A stretch of 11,937 bases of DNA from Candidatus Hydrogenedentota bacterium (GCA_034408725.1 JAWXCN010000169.1:1-11937); one strand, 5' to 3'; positions 1 through 9,115 are shown, numbered from the stretch's first letter. Notes: generated by a model not told the origin, from the sequence alone. Program-made: numbers and translations.

Positions 1-1
1 C

Positions 2-130
2 AAGGCGGGTCCGCGGAACTATTCCCTTCTTGGCGACCTTGGGACCCGGCCGCGCACGACGTATCTTGCAAAACTTCGGAACCCGAATCCCGAACTGGAA
101 AGCGCAGCAGCAAATGCCAACCACCACTAA
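2..130 (+). CDS. actB: 3' end (partial) of ACIII subunit ActB (molybdopterin oxidoreductase-like/4Fe-4S subunit)
   Basis: Not in the ORF track. Frame +2 reads [42 protein letters not shown] with TAA at 128-130. '[18 protein letters not shown]' is the typical ActB C-terminus, and it lies directly upstream of actC with a 17-nt overlap. Confidence 0.88.
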   Translation, partial: KAGPRNYSLLGDLGTRPRTTYLAKLRNPNPELESAAANANHH

Positions 131-1502
131 TACCCGGCTCAATGAGCTGGAACCAAAGATTCCGCTGCTGGAATCCGGGCATGACTATGCGACCCTGACC
201 GACAAGATCGCCGAAATTGTCGATACAAAACCGCATCCGAAGGCGTGGTTTGTGCTGTTCGCATGCGCTTCGTTCGGCGTGCTGGTGTTGCTCTACTCGC
301 TGACACTGTTGTTTGCGAAGGGTGTCGGCATTTGGGGAATCATGATTCCCGTGGGCTGGGGCTGGGACATCATCAACTTCGTTTGGTGGATCGGTATCGG
401 CCACGCGGGTACCCTCATTTCCGCTATTCTATTGTTGTTCTACCAGGATTGGCGCACCTCAATTAACCGGTTCGCCGAAGCCATGACCCTGTTTGCCGTC
501 GTATGCGCGGGAATGTATCCGATCATTCATATGGGGCGCCCCTGGGTTGCATACTTCATACTCCCCTACCCCAACTCGATGGCGCTTTGGCCGCAATTCC
601 GCAGCCCGCTGGTCTGGGACGTATTCGCAATTTCGACGTATGCAACCGTTTCGCTGCTTTTTTGGTATACGGGACTGGTCCCCGATTTGGCGGCGATGCG
701 CGATCGCGCGAAGAACAAAGTCGCGAAGTACGCGTTCGGCATTCTGTCCCTCGGATGGCGCGGCTCGGCGCGGCATTGGTCGCGGTATGAGACCGCGTAC
801 CTGCTTCTGGCGGGACTTTCCATGCCGCTGGTGGTGTCCGTTCACAGCGTGGTGTCCTTCGACTTCGCAGTCGGCATCATTCCCGGCTGGCACACGACGA
901 TCTTCCCGCCGTACTTCGTGGCGGGCGCCGTCTACGCCGGTTTCGCGATGGTGCTGATACTCGCCATTCCCATCCGGCGCCTGTACAACCTCAAAGACAT
1001 GATTACGATGAAGCATATCGACAATATGGCGAAAGTCATGTTGGTGACGGGCCTGGTCGTATTCTATGGTTACATCATGGAAGCATTCTTCGCGTGGTAC
1101 AGCGGCAGCCTGTGGGAACGCGAGATGTTGGTCCATCGCACGTTGGGGTATTACAAATACGCTTACTGGGCGCTCATTGTCTGCAACGGATTGTGCCCGC
1201 AGTTACTCTGGTTCTCGCGCGTTCGCAACAGCACCTACGCGCTGTTCGCCATATCATTAGTCGTCAGCGTCGGCATGTGGTTGGAACGCTATGTCATCAT
1301 TGTGACGAGCCTGGCGCGCGATTATCTGCCGTCGTCCTGGGGTAATTATCACGGCACGGTATGGGACAAAGCGACCTTTTTCGGAACGATTGGACTGTTC
1401 CTGTTTCTATTCCTGTTGTTCGTGCGATTTGTACCCATGATCTCGGCGTTTGAATTAAAGATGTTGCTGGATAAGCAGAAGAAACACGGCAAGGCACACT
1501 AG
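114..1502 (+). CDS. actC: ACIII subunit ActC, NrfD/PsrC-family quinol-binding membrane subunit (~462 aa)
   Basis: Polytopic membrane protein with ActC motifs GIWG...[85 protein letters not shown] and [11 protein letters not shown]. Start placed at ATG 114 (MPTTTN...) rather than TTG 30, which lies deep inside actB. Confidence 0.95.
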   Translation: MPTTTNTRLNELEPKIPLLESGHDYATLTDKIAEIVDTKPHPKAWFVLFACASFGVLVLLYSLTLLFAKGVGIWGIMIPVGWGWDIINFVWWIGIGHAGTLISAILLLFYQDWRTSINRFAEAMTLFAVVCAGMYPIIHMGRPWVAYFILPYPNSMALWPQFRSPLVWDVFAISTYATVSLLFWYTGLVPDLAAMRDRAKNKVAKYAFGILSLGWRGSARHWSRYETAYLLLAGLSMPLVVSVHSVVSFDFAVGIIPGWHTTIFPPYFVAGAVYAGFAMVLILAIPIRRLYNLKDMITMKHIDNMAKVMLVTGLVVFYGYIMEAFFAWYSGSLWEREMLVHRTLGYYKYAYWALIVCNGLCPQLLWFSRVRNSTYALFAISLVVSVGMWLERYVIIVTSLARDYLPSSWGNYHGTVWDKATFFGTIGLFLFLFLLFVRFVPMISAFELKMLLDKQKKHGKAH

Positions 1503-1506
1503 GACC

Positions 1507-2061
1507 ATGCATTCGGATCACGACGCACCAGAAAAACCCTTCGGGCTCATGGCGGAGTTTGACTCGCCGGACACGATTCTGTCCGCGACCCAAAAGACCT
1601 ATGACGCCGGGTACCGCAAGATCGAAGCCTATAGTCCGTTCCCAGTACACGGTCTGGACGAAGCCGTGGGTTTTCCCAGCAATCGCGTTGCGCATATTGT
1701 GTTGGCGGGCGGATTGACGGGCGCATGCACGGGTTTTATGCTGCAAGCCGTCAGCATGGGGTATCACTATCAATTCAATATCGGAGGCCGGCCATTGGTG
1801 ACCTGGCCAATGTTCATTCCGATCACTTTCGAACTCGGCATCTTGTTTGCCGCGTTTTCGGCCGTTCTCGGCATGTTCGCATTGAACGGCCTGCCGCTGC
1901 CCTATCATGCTGTTTTCAATGTCGAACGGTTTCGCGAGAAGGCTGGACGGGATGCTTTCTTCCTGACTGTCGAGAGTTCTGACGACCGCTATGATGAAGT
2001 TGAGACGAAAAGGTTTCTGGAAGAGCTCGGCGCGAAGTATGTCAGTGTGGTCGAGCCTTAA
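1507..2061 (+). CDS. actD: ACIII subunit ActD (DUF3341 family membrane protein, 184 aa)
   Basis: Motifs GLMAEF, AGYRKIEAYSPFPVHGLDEA, IGGRP...WPMFIPITFELGILFA and NGLP.PYH.VF; two TM segments. AGGA immediately before the ATG; follows actC. Confidence 0.93.
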   Translation: MHSDHDAPEKPFGLMAEFDSPDTILSATQKTYDAGYRKIEAYSPFPVHGLDEAVGFPSNRVAHIVLAGGLTGACTGFMLQAVSMGYHYQFNIGGRPLVTWPMFIPITFELGILFAAFSAVLGMFALNGLPLPYHAVFNVERFREKAGRDAFFLTVESSDDRYDEVETKRFLEELGAKYVSVVEP

Positions 2062-2077
2062 TGATTCGGACGGACCC

Positions 2078-2728
2078 ATGTTCTTCAATCTAAAAGATAG
2101 CATTCGACAGCTTAAATGGCCGGTCAGCCTCGGCGTGGCGGTTGCGCTCGCCGCGTCCGGTTGCCACCAGGGGATGTGGAACAACAGCCGCATCAAACCT
2201 CTCGAACGCATGCCGGACGTCGAGATGTTTGGCGATGGCCGGCTGCTGCTCGTAGAAGGCACGGTGCCGTTTGGCGCGGCCAACACGGATGAGCATTTGT
2301 ACACCGGCAAGATCGACGGGGAGTATGCCACGTCGTTTCCCTTCGAGATCACGAAAGCTGATTTGGAACGGGGACAAAATCGATACAATATTTATTGCGC
2401 GCCTTGCCATAGCAAAGTCGGCGATGGCAAAGGCATGATCGTCCAACGCGAAATGAAACGGGCGGGGAATTATCACCAGCAGCGCCTTATGGAATCTCCT
2501 CCAGGGTATTTTTTTGATGTGATGACGAATGGGTTCGGTGTGATGTACAGCTATGCAACGCGCGTGTCCGTGGAAGACCGGTGGAAAATCGCAGCGTACA
2601 TTCGCGTCTTGCAGCTTAGCCAAAACGCGTCCATCGAAGATGTGCCCGATGCCGAAAAGCAGGAGCTTCTCGCGCCCACGCAGGCGGCCGGGCAGCCGAG
2701 TGAAGAAGGAAGCCATGCAGCACACTGA
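2078..2728 (+). CDS. actE: ACIII subunit ActE, monoheme cytochrome c lipoprotein (~216 aa)
   Basis: Signal peptide ending in lipobox-like AASG-C (Cys codon 2162-2164). VEGTVPFG, LERGQNRYNIYCAPCH (single CxxCH at 2396-2410), probable axial Met in GFGVMYSYA, and DRWKIAAYIRVLQ. Start placed at ATG 2078 because the ORF-track start (1991) overlaps actD by 71 nt. Confidence 0.9.
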   Translation: MFFNLKDSIRQLKWPVSLGVAVALAASGCHQGMWNNSRIKPLERMPDVEMFGDGRLLLVEGTVPFGAANTDEHLYTGKIDGEYATSFPFEITKADLERGQNRYNIYCAPCHSKVGDGKGMIVQREMKRAGNYHQQRLMESPPGYFFDVMTNGFGVMYSYATRVSVEDRWKIAAYIRVLQLSQNASIEDVPDAEKQELLAPTQAAGQPSEEGSHAAH

Positions 2729-3965
2729 GTACAATCCGCGACTGGCGGCGCTTCAGCGCAATGGCATTATCGCCGCCATTGCCGGTGCCGTGATATTGGG
2801 GATCGGCCTAGTCTCATCGCGGGAAACTTTTTTCCAGGCCTACCTCTACGCGTTCCTGTTTTGGAACGGACTTTCGCTAGGATGTCTCTCAGCCTTGATG
2901 TTACACCACGTTGTGGCCGGCCGCTGGGGATTCATGATCCAACGCATCGTCGAAGCGGGCGCGCGGAACCTTTGGCTCGACCTCGTGTTGCTTCTGCCCA
3001 TCGTATTGATTGGAATGGATTATTTGTACCCTTGGACACCCGCGCGTGTGGAAATGGAGAGCGAATTTGTCCAGGGCAAGGTGCAATCCCTGCTTGTCCC
3101 TGTATTGGATATTTCCTGGTACAACAAGGGATTCTTCGTAGCCCGCGCGCTGGTCTATTTCGCGGTGTGGATTTTCCTCGCAACGCGCCTGACGAGTTTG
3201 TCGCAAAGGCAGGATCAGACCGGCGATCAGCGCATCACCCTGCGCATGCGCTCGATTTCGTCCTTTGGGCTTCTTGCGTACGTAATCAGCGTGACGTTTG
3301 CGGCCTGCGACTGGGGCATGTCGCTTGAGCCGGAATGGTTCTCCACGATCTATGGGCCACTTTTTGTTGTGGGATTCGGACTCGCGACCCTCGCGTTTTC
3401 AATCATCATGTTGAACAAGATCGCGGATGAAAAGCCGCTCGCGGCAGTGATTAAAACGGACTACTTCCATCACCTCGGCAGCCTTGCTTGCGGTTTCGTC
3501 GTGCTATGGTCGTATATCTCATTTTCCCAGTATCTCATTACTTACGCGGGCAATTTACCGGAAGAAATTCCGTGGTATCTTCATCGCCAGACCGGTGGAG
3601 TGGAAATTCTCGCGACCCTGTTAATCGCTTTTCACTTCTTTCTGCCGCTGTTCATTCTCTTGCAACGCCGCGTAAAGCGCGCGCGCGCCGGCCTCTTGTT
3701 CATGGCGAAATGGCTGTTGGTAGCTCACATGCTCGATCTGTTCTTCATTATCATTCCCGCGTTTCATCCGAATTTCGAGACCTTGACCCTTATGAATGTC
3801 GTTATTTACGCAGGCGGCCTGCTCTGTTTAGGCGGAATATGGCTGGCTTTGTTTGTCCGCAACTTGCAAAAATATCCATTGCTTCCGTTGCACGACGACA
3901 GGATGGACGAGGCGATCGGCGTCGGCGTGTTTGCCCATGAGGAGGCGTCCGAACATGCTGCATAA
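2715..3965 (+). CDS. actF: ACIII subunit ActF, NrfD-like paralog of ActC (~416 aa)
   Basis: About 10 hydrophobic segments. Motifs DW.MSLEPEWFSTIYG, HHLG.L..GFVVLWSY..FSQYL..Y.GNLPEE..WY and HMLDLFFII.P. SD-like GAAGGA at 2705-2710 precedes ATG 2715, which overlaps the end of actE. Confidence 0.92.
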   Translation: MQHTEYNPRLAALQRNGIIAAIAGAVILGIGLVSSRETFFQAYLYAFLFWNGLSLGCLSALMLHHVVAGRWGFMIQRIVEAGARNLWLDLVLLLPIVLIGMDYLYPWTPARVEMESEFVQGKVQSLLVPVLDISWYNKGFFVARALVYFAVWIFLATRLTSLSQRQDQTGDQRITLRMRSISSFGLLAYVISVTFAACDWGMSLEPEWFSTIYGPLFVVGFGLATLAFSIIMLNKIADEKPLAAVIKTDYFHHLGSLACGFVVLWSYISFSQYLITYAGNLPEEIPWYLHRQTGGVEILATLLIAFHFFLPLFILLQRRVKRARAGLLFMAKWLLVAHMLDLFFIIIPAFHPNFETLTLMNVVIYAGGLLCLGGIWLALFVRNLQKYPLLPLHDDRMDEAIGVGVFAHEEASEHAA

Positions 3966-4455
3966 AGAACACAAACCCACCGTTCTCGAGAATGGGATTA
4001 CGGGCTACGAGAGAACAGATGTCTCCGGCAAGCCGCTATTTTGGAATTTTGCCGTTCTCACGGTGTCAACCATCGCGTGCATCGTTACGGCACTGTGGGT
4101 TTTCCGGCAAGGCGAAGCAGCCGAGAGCACTCACAGCGTGCGTGTGCTGCCCGTTGCCGAAGAACGCAATTTACCGCCTCTCCCCCGCTTGCAGGAGCAT
4201 CCCGTACTGGACCTTCAAGCGTTTAGGGAACAAGAGAAAGCGCGTATTGACGAGTACAAATGGGTGGACAAAGTTGCCGGCATCGTTCAGATTCCCGTAG
4301 ATCAGGCGCTTGAGATCGTCGCCGAACAGGGGCTGCCCCACGGACGCGAAGCCCACATTCCGGGCCAAGGACTTCTCCCTGGCGGGCCGGTGGAGTCCGC
4401 ACCTGCGTTACCGGTGCCAATAGCGCCAGAGGAAACGGCGGCGCCCGCCCTGTAA
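3955..4455 (+). CDS. actG: ActG-like small single-TM subunit of ACIII operons (~166 aa)
   Basis: SD GAGGAGG at 3939-3945 before ATG 3955. GYERTDV, one TM helix, PPLPRLQ, then YKWVDK.AGIVQIPVDQAL, the pattern of the small protein usually found between actF and sco. Pro/Ala-rich tail. The gene name rests mostly on position. Confidence 0.65.
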   Translation: MLHKEHKPTVLENGITGYERTDVSGKPLFWNFAVLTVSTIACIVTALWVFRQGEAAESTHSVRVLPVAEERNLPPLPRLQEHPVLDLQAFREQEKARIDEYKWVDKVAGIVQIPVDQALEIVAEQGLPHGREAHIPGQGLLPGGPVESAPALPVPIAPEETAAPAL

Positions 4456-4459
4456 ACGA

Positions 4460-5323
4460 ATGAAGCAAAACATAAACATAGCACGAGTTTGGGGCGATGC
4501 ATTGCGGATAACGCTATGCGTAATTGCCGCGTACTGCGGGGCGGCGCACGCGCAAGTCATGAGCGCGCCCGAGCCCCCCAAAGTCGAAATCATCCAGAAA
4601 CTGGATAGCCAGGTCCCGCTTGACCTGACATTTGTCGATGAATCCGGAAAAAGTGTTGCGCTTCGGGACTTAGTGAAAGACAAGCCGGTTGTGCTCGCGC
4701 TGGTGTATTACGAATGCCCGATGCTTTGTGGCGAGATCATGCAGGGCATGGTGGCAGTCTTCAACGAACTCGAATTCGCGATTGGCAAAGAGTTCGAGGT
4801 TATCACCGTCAGCTTCGATCCGCGCGAGAAACCGGAACTCGCATCAATAAAAAAGCAAAACGTGATGCAAGCGTACAAGTTGCCGGACAGTTCAGGCGGA
4901 TGGCATTTCCTCACGACGGACAAGGAAGAAAATGTTCGCGCGCTGGCGGAGGCGGTCGGATTTCAATATCTCTATTTGCCAAGCGTTGACGAGTACGCGC
5001 ATGGCAGCGCCATCATGGTGCTCACGCCCAAGGGCAAGGTTTCGCGTTACTTCTATGGCATCGAGTATCCGGAACAGGACCTTCGCTTCGGACTGATGGA
5101 TGCCGCGGAAGAACGGATTGGTTCCCTGGCCGACGAAATCAGGTTGTTGTGTTACCGGTACGATCCATCGAGCGGGTCGTATGGGTTTGTGATAATGGCG
5201 GCGATACGAATAACGGGCGGACTTACCGTGGCGTTTCTCGCAATCTTGATTGGAGTTTTGCTCTTTCAGGAGCGGCGCCGCAAGATGCCTGGCGTCCACG
5301 AACAGCCGCTCGTGACACCGTAG
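4460..5323 (+). CDS. sco: Sco1/SenC-family copper chaperone (287 aa)
   Basis: YYECPMLC (CxxxC at 4715-4729), VITVSFDPRE, WHFLT, EYAH (His ligand) and LTP.G.VSRYFYGIEY. N-terminal signal-like segment and a C-terminal TM helix. Lies directly upstream of the CuA subunit gene. Confidence 0.93.
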   Translation: MKQNINIARVWGDALRITLCVIAAYCGAAHAQVMSAPEPPKVEIIQKLDSQVPLDLTFVDESGKSVALRDLVKDKPVVLALVYYECPMLCGEIMQGMVAVFNELEFAIGKEFEVITVSFDPREKPELASIKKQNVMQAYKLPDSSGGWHFLTTDKEENVRALAEAVGFQYLYLPSVDEYAHGSAIMVLTPKGKVSRYFYGIEYPEQDLRFGLMDAAEERIGSLADEIRLLCYRYDPSSGSYGFVIMAAIRITGGLTVAFLAILIGVLLFQERRRKMPGVHEQPLVTP

Positions 5324-5330
5324 GTTGGAG

Positions 5331-5395
5331 AACCCGCGCACTGTCATCATGCGTGTGGGTTATGACATGAATGTTGGACGCGAATGAACCGCGTC
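5331..5395 (+). other. Structured intergenic segment (two potential hairpins plus a TGTCAT-N14-ATGACA inverted repeat)
   Basis: AACCCGCGCA (5331-5340) can pair with TGCGTGTGGGTT (5350-5361) using G-U pairs or a bulge. GACGCG (5377-5382) and CGCGTC (5390-5395) form a perfect 6-bp stem with a 7-nt loop. TGTCAT is at 5342-5347 and ATGACA at 5362-5367. Function unknown. Confidence 0.4.
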
Positions 5396-5419
5396 GAAAG
5401 GCAGAGCGCGTAAGGTATT

Positions 5420-6364
5420 ATGGCGACCATACCTCTTATACCCGAACAGGCGTCAACCATCTCCGGGAAAATGGACTTTCTGTTTTACGGATGGCTGGCG
5501 ATGTCTATGTTCTTTTTCTTCTCGGTGGTGTTCACGCTCGTGTATTTTTGCGTGAAGTACCGCAAGGGAACAAATGTTGACAGGACCATTCGGGGAGATA
5601 ACGAACGCACGCTCGAATTGACGTGGACGATTATCCCGCTCGTGGCCGCGGTCCTCGTGTTCTTCTATTCGGCATACGCGTATATCGATTTCACCAAGAC
5701 GCCGCAAGGCGCCATGGAAATCCTCGTCACAGGCAAGCAATGGATGTGGAAGATTCAACACCCGACCGGCAAGCGCGAAATCAACGCGCTGCACGTGCCC
5801 ATCGGTGTGCCGGTAAAGCTCACGATGACCTCGGAAGATACGATCCACAGCTTCTTCATCCCGGCGTTTCGGGTAAAGAAAGACGTGCTTCCGAACCGCT
5901 TTTCTTCGCTCTGGTTTAATGCGACGAAAGAAGGCGAGTACCACTTATTTTGCACGGAATACTGCGGCACCGACCATTCACGCATGGTCGGCACCGTGAC
6001 CGCGTTGACGCCGGAACGCTACCAGGCATGGCTTGCCGGCACTGATACCGGCGTGACGATGGCGAGTTCGGGCGAGAAGTTGTTCACCAAACTGGGTTGC
6101 GTGACTTGCCATACCGGCACCAGCCCCCGCGGTCCAACGCTGAAGGGCGTATTCGGCAAGGAAGTCAAATTGAACGACGGTTCCATAGTCGTAGCGGACG
6201 AGGAATACCTGCGCGAGTCGATTCTGAATTCCCAGGCAAAACTGGTCGCGGGCTATCCCCCGCTAATGCCTTTGTTCCGAAACCAGATTAAAGAACAGGA
6301 CCTGATGACCCTGATCAACTACATCAAGTCCCTGAAAGATGAAAAGAGTGGCGCCAAGTCATGA
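5420..6364 (+). CDS. coxB: Cytochrome c oxidase subunit II with fused C-terminal cytochrome c (caa3 type, 314 aa)
   Basis: Two TM helices (LELTWTIIP), GKQWMW, CuA ligands in DTIHSF and [12 protein letters not shown] (5951-5986). C-terminal heme c motif CVTCH (6098-6112), [10 protein letters not shown] and GYPPLMP. TAAGGT lies upstream of the ATG. Confidence 0.97.
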   Translation: MATIPLIPEQASTISGKMDFLFYGWLAMSMFFFFSVVFTLVYFCVKYRKGTNVDRTIRGDNERTLELTWTIIPLVAAVLVFFYSAYAYIDFTKTPQGAMEILVTGKQWMWKIQHPTGKREINALHVPIGVPVKLTMTSEDTIHSFFIPAFRVKKDVLPNRFSSLWFNATKEGEYHLFCTEYCGTDHSRMVGTVTALTPERYQAWLAGTDTGVTMASSGEKLFTKLGCVTCHTGTSPRGPTLKGVFGKEVKLNDGSIVVADEEYLRESILNSQAKLVAGYPPLMPLFRNQIKEQDLMTLINYIKSLKDEKSGAKS

Positions 6365-8001
6365 GTAGCATTGCCGCACGGCCCGACGTGATACCCGCCG
6401 CGCCGAAAAACTATATCAACGCGAAATCGACGCTCATGTCGTGGTTGTTCACCACGGACCACAAACGCATCGCGGTCCTGTATTTGATTTCGATCACAAT
6501 CTTCTTCGGCATGGGCGGCCTCTTTGCAATGCTCATTCGCCTCGAACTGATTACGCCCAAGGGCGACTTCCTGACGGGCGACATGTACAACAAGGCATTC
6601 ACGCTACATGGCGTGATCATGGTGTTCTTCTTCCTGATTCCGTCCGTGCCCGCGACGCTCGGCAACTTCGTGCTGCCGATCATGGTGGGCGCAAAAGACC
6701 TCGCCTTTCCCAAAATCAACCTGCTGAGCTGGTGGCTGTATGTATTTGGCGGAGTCATGGCCATCGGTGTGGTGATTAACGGGGGAATCGATACCGGCTG
6801 GACTTTTTACCCTCCCTACAGCACAACCTACGCAGCGTCGAACGTCACGCTGGCGATTCTGGCCGCATTCATGGCCGGGTTCTCCTCCATCTTCACCGGC
6901 CTCAATTTCATAGTGACCGTACACAAGATGCGCGCGCCAGGCATGACCTGGTTCCGCCTGCCCTTGTTCGTATGGGCGCATTACGCCACCAGCATAATTC
7001 AGGTGCTCGGCACACCCGTCATCGCCATAACGCTGGTGCTGGTGGCCGTGGAACGCGTCTGGGGCGTCGGTATCTTTGATCCGCAGCTTGGCGGAGACCC
7101 CGTCCTCTTCCAACACCTGTTTTGGTTCTATTCACATCCCGCCGTGTACGTCATGATTCTGCCGGGCATGGGCGTCATATCGGAAGTGATTCCGTGTTTC
7201 TCACGCAAACGCATCTTCGGATACGAGTTCATTGCATTCTCGAGCCTTGCGATTGCAATCATCGGGTTCCTTGTTTGGGGCCACCATTTGTACGTGAGCA
7301 CGCAGTCCACGTATGCGGGCCTCGTCTTCTCATTGCTATCGTTCCTGGTTGCGGTGCCCTCGGCGATCAAAGTCTTCAACTGGACCGCGACACTCTATAA
7401 AGGCCAAATCACGTTCGAGGCGCCCATGCTATACGCGATGGGCTTTATCGGATTGTTTCTCGTCGGCGGATTGACAGGATTGATCCTGGCCTCGATGGCA
7501 AACGATATTCATTTCCACGACACCTACTTTGTCGTGGCCCACTTCCACTACGTGATGGTGGGCGGAATGGTCATGGCCTATATGTGCGGCCTTCATTTCT
7601 GGTGGCCAAAGATGACGGGCCGAATGTATCCCGCGGCCCTGGCGAGCATTGCGGCAATTCTCGTGTTCGTCGGGTTCAACCTGACCTTTTTCCCGCAGTT
7701 CATTCTCGGTTTCCTGGGCATGCCACGGCGCTACCACCAGTATGTAGAGGAATTTCAGGTGCTGAATGTCATGTCCAGCGCGGGCGCTTCTATACTTGGC
7801 ATAGGATATATACTTCAGCCGTTCTATCTTGTCTGGTCCCTCGTGAAAGGGCCGGTGGCCGGCATGAATCCCTGGGGCGCGAAAGGCCTCGAATGGCAGG
7901 TCCCCTCCCCCCCACCAACCTTTAATTTCCCCGATGGCCAACCCATCGTTGTCGAAGAAGCGTATTCGTACACGACAGAGGAATCGCACAGTGGCGCATA
8001 G
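6361..8001 (+). CDS. coxA: Cytochrome c oxidase subunit I, heme-copper oxidase type A2 (546 aa)
   Basis: TTDHKRI, TLHGVIM, D-channel [26 protein letters not shown] (YS at 7129-7134), WGHH, K-channel [22 protein letters not shown] and GMPRRY. All six His ligands are present. ATGA overlap with the coxB stop. Confidence 0.98.
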   Translation: MSSIAARPDVIPAAPKNYINAKSTLMSWLFTTDHKRIAVLYLISITIFFGMGGLFAMLIRLELITPKGDFLTGDMYNKAFTLHGVIMVFFFLIPSVPATLGNFVLPIMVGAKDLAFPKINLLSWWLYVFGGVMAIGVVINGGIDTGWTFYPPYSTTYAASNVTLAILAAFMAGFSSIFTGLNFIVTVHKMRAPGMTWFRLPLFVWAHYATSIIQVLGTPVIAITLVLVAVERVWGVGIFDPQLGGDPVLFQHLFWFYSHPAVYVMILPGMGVISEVIPCFSRKRIFGYEFIAFSSLAIAIIGFLVWGHHLYVSTQSTYAGLVFSLLSFLVAVPSAIKVFNWTATLYKGQITFEAPMLYAMGFIGLFLVGGLTGLILASMANDIHFHDTYFVVAHFHYVMVGGMVMAYMCGLHFWWPKMTGRMYPAALASIAAILVFVGFNLTFFPQFILGFLGMPRRYHQYVEEFQVLNVMSSAGASILGIGYILQPFYLVWSLVKGPVAGMNPWGAKGLEWQVPSPPPTFNFPDGQPIVVEEAYSYTTEESHSGA

Positions 8002-8656
8002 CAGTGACGGGCTCGTAGCCCACCATTTCGAGGACTTGGAGCAGCAGACCGAGTCTGCCGTGCTGGGAATGTGGCTGTTCCTAGCCCAGGAAGTCATGTT
8101 CTTCGGCGGATTATTTGTGTCCTACCTCGTGTACCGCATCAAGTTTCCCGATGCCTGGGCGACTGCGAGCGGCGCGTTGAACGTTTGGCAGGGAGGCGGC
8201 AACACCGTCGTCCTGCTGGTTTCCAGCGTGACCATGGCGTCGTCGGTCTGGTGCGCGCAAACCGGAAGGCAGCGCGGCCTGAAACTGGGTTTGTGGTTGA
8301 CGCTGATACTTGGCCTTACGTTTCTGGTCGTGAAATACTTCGAGTACAAGGATAAATTCTTTCACCATCTCATTCCCGGGGCGAATTTTCATTGGACAGG
8401 CCCGGTCATCGGCTCGCCGACAGAAGGGCAGATCGAACTGTTCTTCGTCCTCTATTTCATTATGACTGGCATGCACGCACTGCACATGATCATCGGCGCT
8501 GGAATTCTGATATGGATTATGGCCCTGGCATACAAAGGCTATTTCTCGCCACAGCGATACATGAAGGTCGAGTTGTTCGGCTTCTACTGGCACTTCGTAG
8601 ATATTGTCTGGGTGTTCCTGTTCCCCTTGCTTTATTTGGTCCAACGGCACGGATAA
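7991..8656 (+). CDS. coxC: Cytochrome c oxidase subunit III, short 5-TM form (~221 aa)
   Basis: [45 protein letters not shown] and [19 protein letters not shown]. Start placed at GTG 7991 with SD GAGGA at 7978-7982, overlapping coxA by 11 nt. Confidence 0.95.
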   Translation: MAHSSDGLVAHHFEDLEQQTESAVLGMWLFLAQEVMFFGGLFVSYLVYRIKFPDAWATASGALNVWQGGGNTVVLLVSSVTMASSVWCAQTGRQRGLKLGLWLTLILGLTFLVVKYFEYKDKFFHHLIPGANFHWTGPVIGSPTEGQIELFFVLYFIMTGMHALHMIIGAGILIWIMALAYKGYFSPQRYMKVELFGFYWHFVDIVWVFLFPLLYLVQRHG

Positions 8657-8686
8657 TGCCGGCGGTTTAGGGAGACGTATTTCGTC

Positions 8687-9115
8687 ATGGCTCACGATTC
8701 TCATGCACACGACGGCGCGCACGGGCACACTATCGTTCCCATTAAAGTTTACGTTGTTACCGGTATCGCGCTCGCCGTGCTTATGCTATTGACCGTCGCA
8801 GCGGCATACATCGACCTCGGTTCGATGAACGCCGTCGTCGCTATGGTCATCGCCATCATCAAGGCCGGGCTGATAGTCCTCTTCTTCATGAACGTGAAAT
8901 ACAGTACAAGACTCACGTGGATATTTGTGGCAAGCGCGTTCTTCTGGCTGTTCATCCTGCTAGGAATGTTTCTTCCCGATTATCTCGCCCGTGATTTCGT
9001 CCATCAATCGGACGCATGGACCAGCTCCCCAACTGTGCCGTCCGTCCTCCCCATCGACAAGCGCGTGCTGCACGGCGAATTGCACGGACACGAAGACCCC
9101 GCGCCAGAACATTAA
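8687..9115 (+). CDS. coxD: Prokaryotic cytochrome c oxidase subunit IV (142 aa)
   Basis: Three TM helices with L.LLTV and IAIIKAGLIVLFFMNVKY (KA.LV..FFMHLK-like); His-rich N-terminus. SD GGAGA at 8671-8675; follows coxC. Confidence 0.9.
   Translation: MAHDSHAHDGAHGHTIVPIKVYVVTGIALAVLMLLTVAAAYIDLGSMNAVVAMVIAIIKAGLIVLFFMNVKYSTRLTWIFVASAFFWLFILLGMFLPDYLARDFVHQSDAWTSSPTVPSVLPIDKRVLHGELHGHEDPAPEH

Noticed and set aside
30..113. N-terminal extension of actC from TTG 30
   Set aside because: This stretch is the conserved C-terminus of actB in another frame; ATG 114 gives a normal coupled start.
1297..2388. 363-aa minus-strand ORF and other long antisense ORFs (459-1136, 2090-2734, 6604-7116, 7429-8097, 8111-8728, 10819-11238, 11271-11675)
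   Set aside because: All lie opposite well-supported genes and show no recognisable motifs; they are typical shadow ORFs of GC-rich coding sequence.
3677..3688. (GC)6 dinucleotide run in actF
   Set aside because: Encodes KRARA in an intact frame and is too short to suggest phase variation.
4849..4855. A_AAA_AAG slippery heptamer in the correct phase for -1 frameshifting within sco
   Set aside because: No obvious upstream SD-like stimulator or downstream stem-loop. The -1 product would stop at 4989, before the His ligand, with no plausible function; simply Ile-Lys-Lys codons.
5371..5580. 69-aa ORF starting in the sco-coxB spacer (possible leader peptide)
   Set aside because: No clear SD, mostly overlaps coxB out of frame, and has no informative composition.
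7902..7916. C-rich tract including a C7 run near the end of coxA
   Set aside because: Encodes the conserved W..PSPPP..NF motif of subunit I; the frame is intact.
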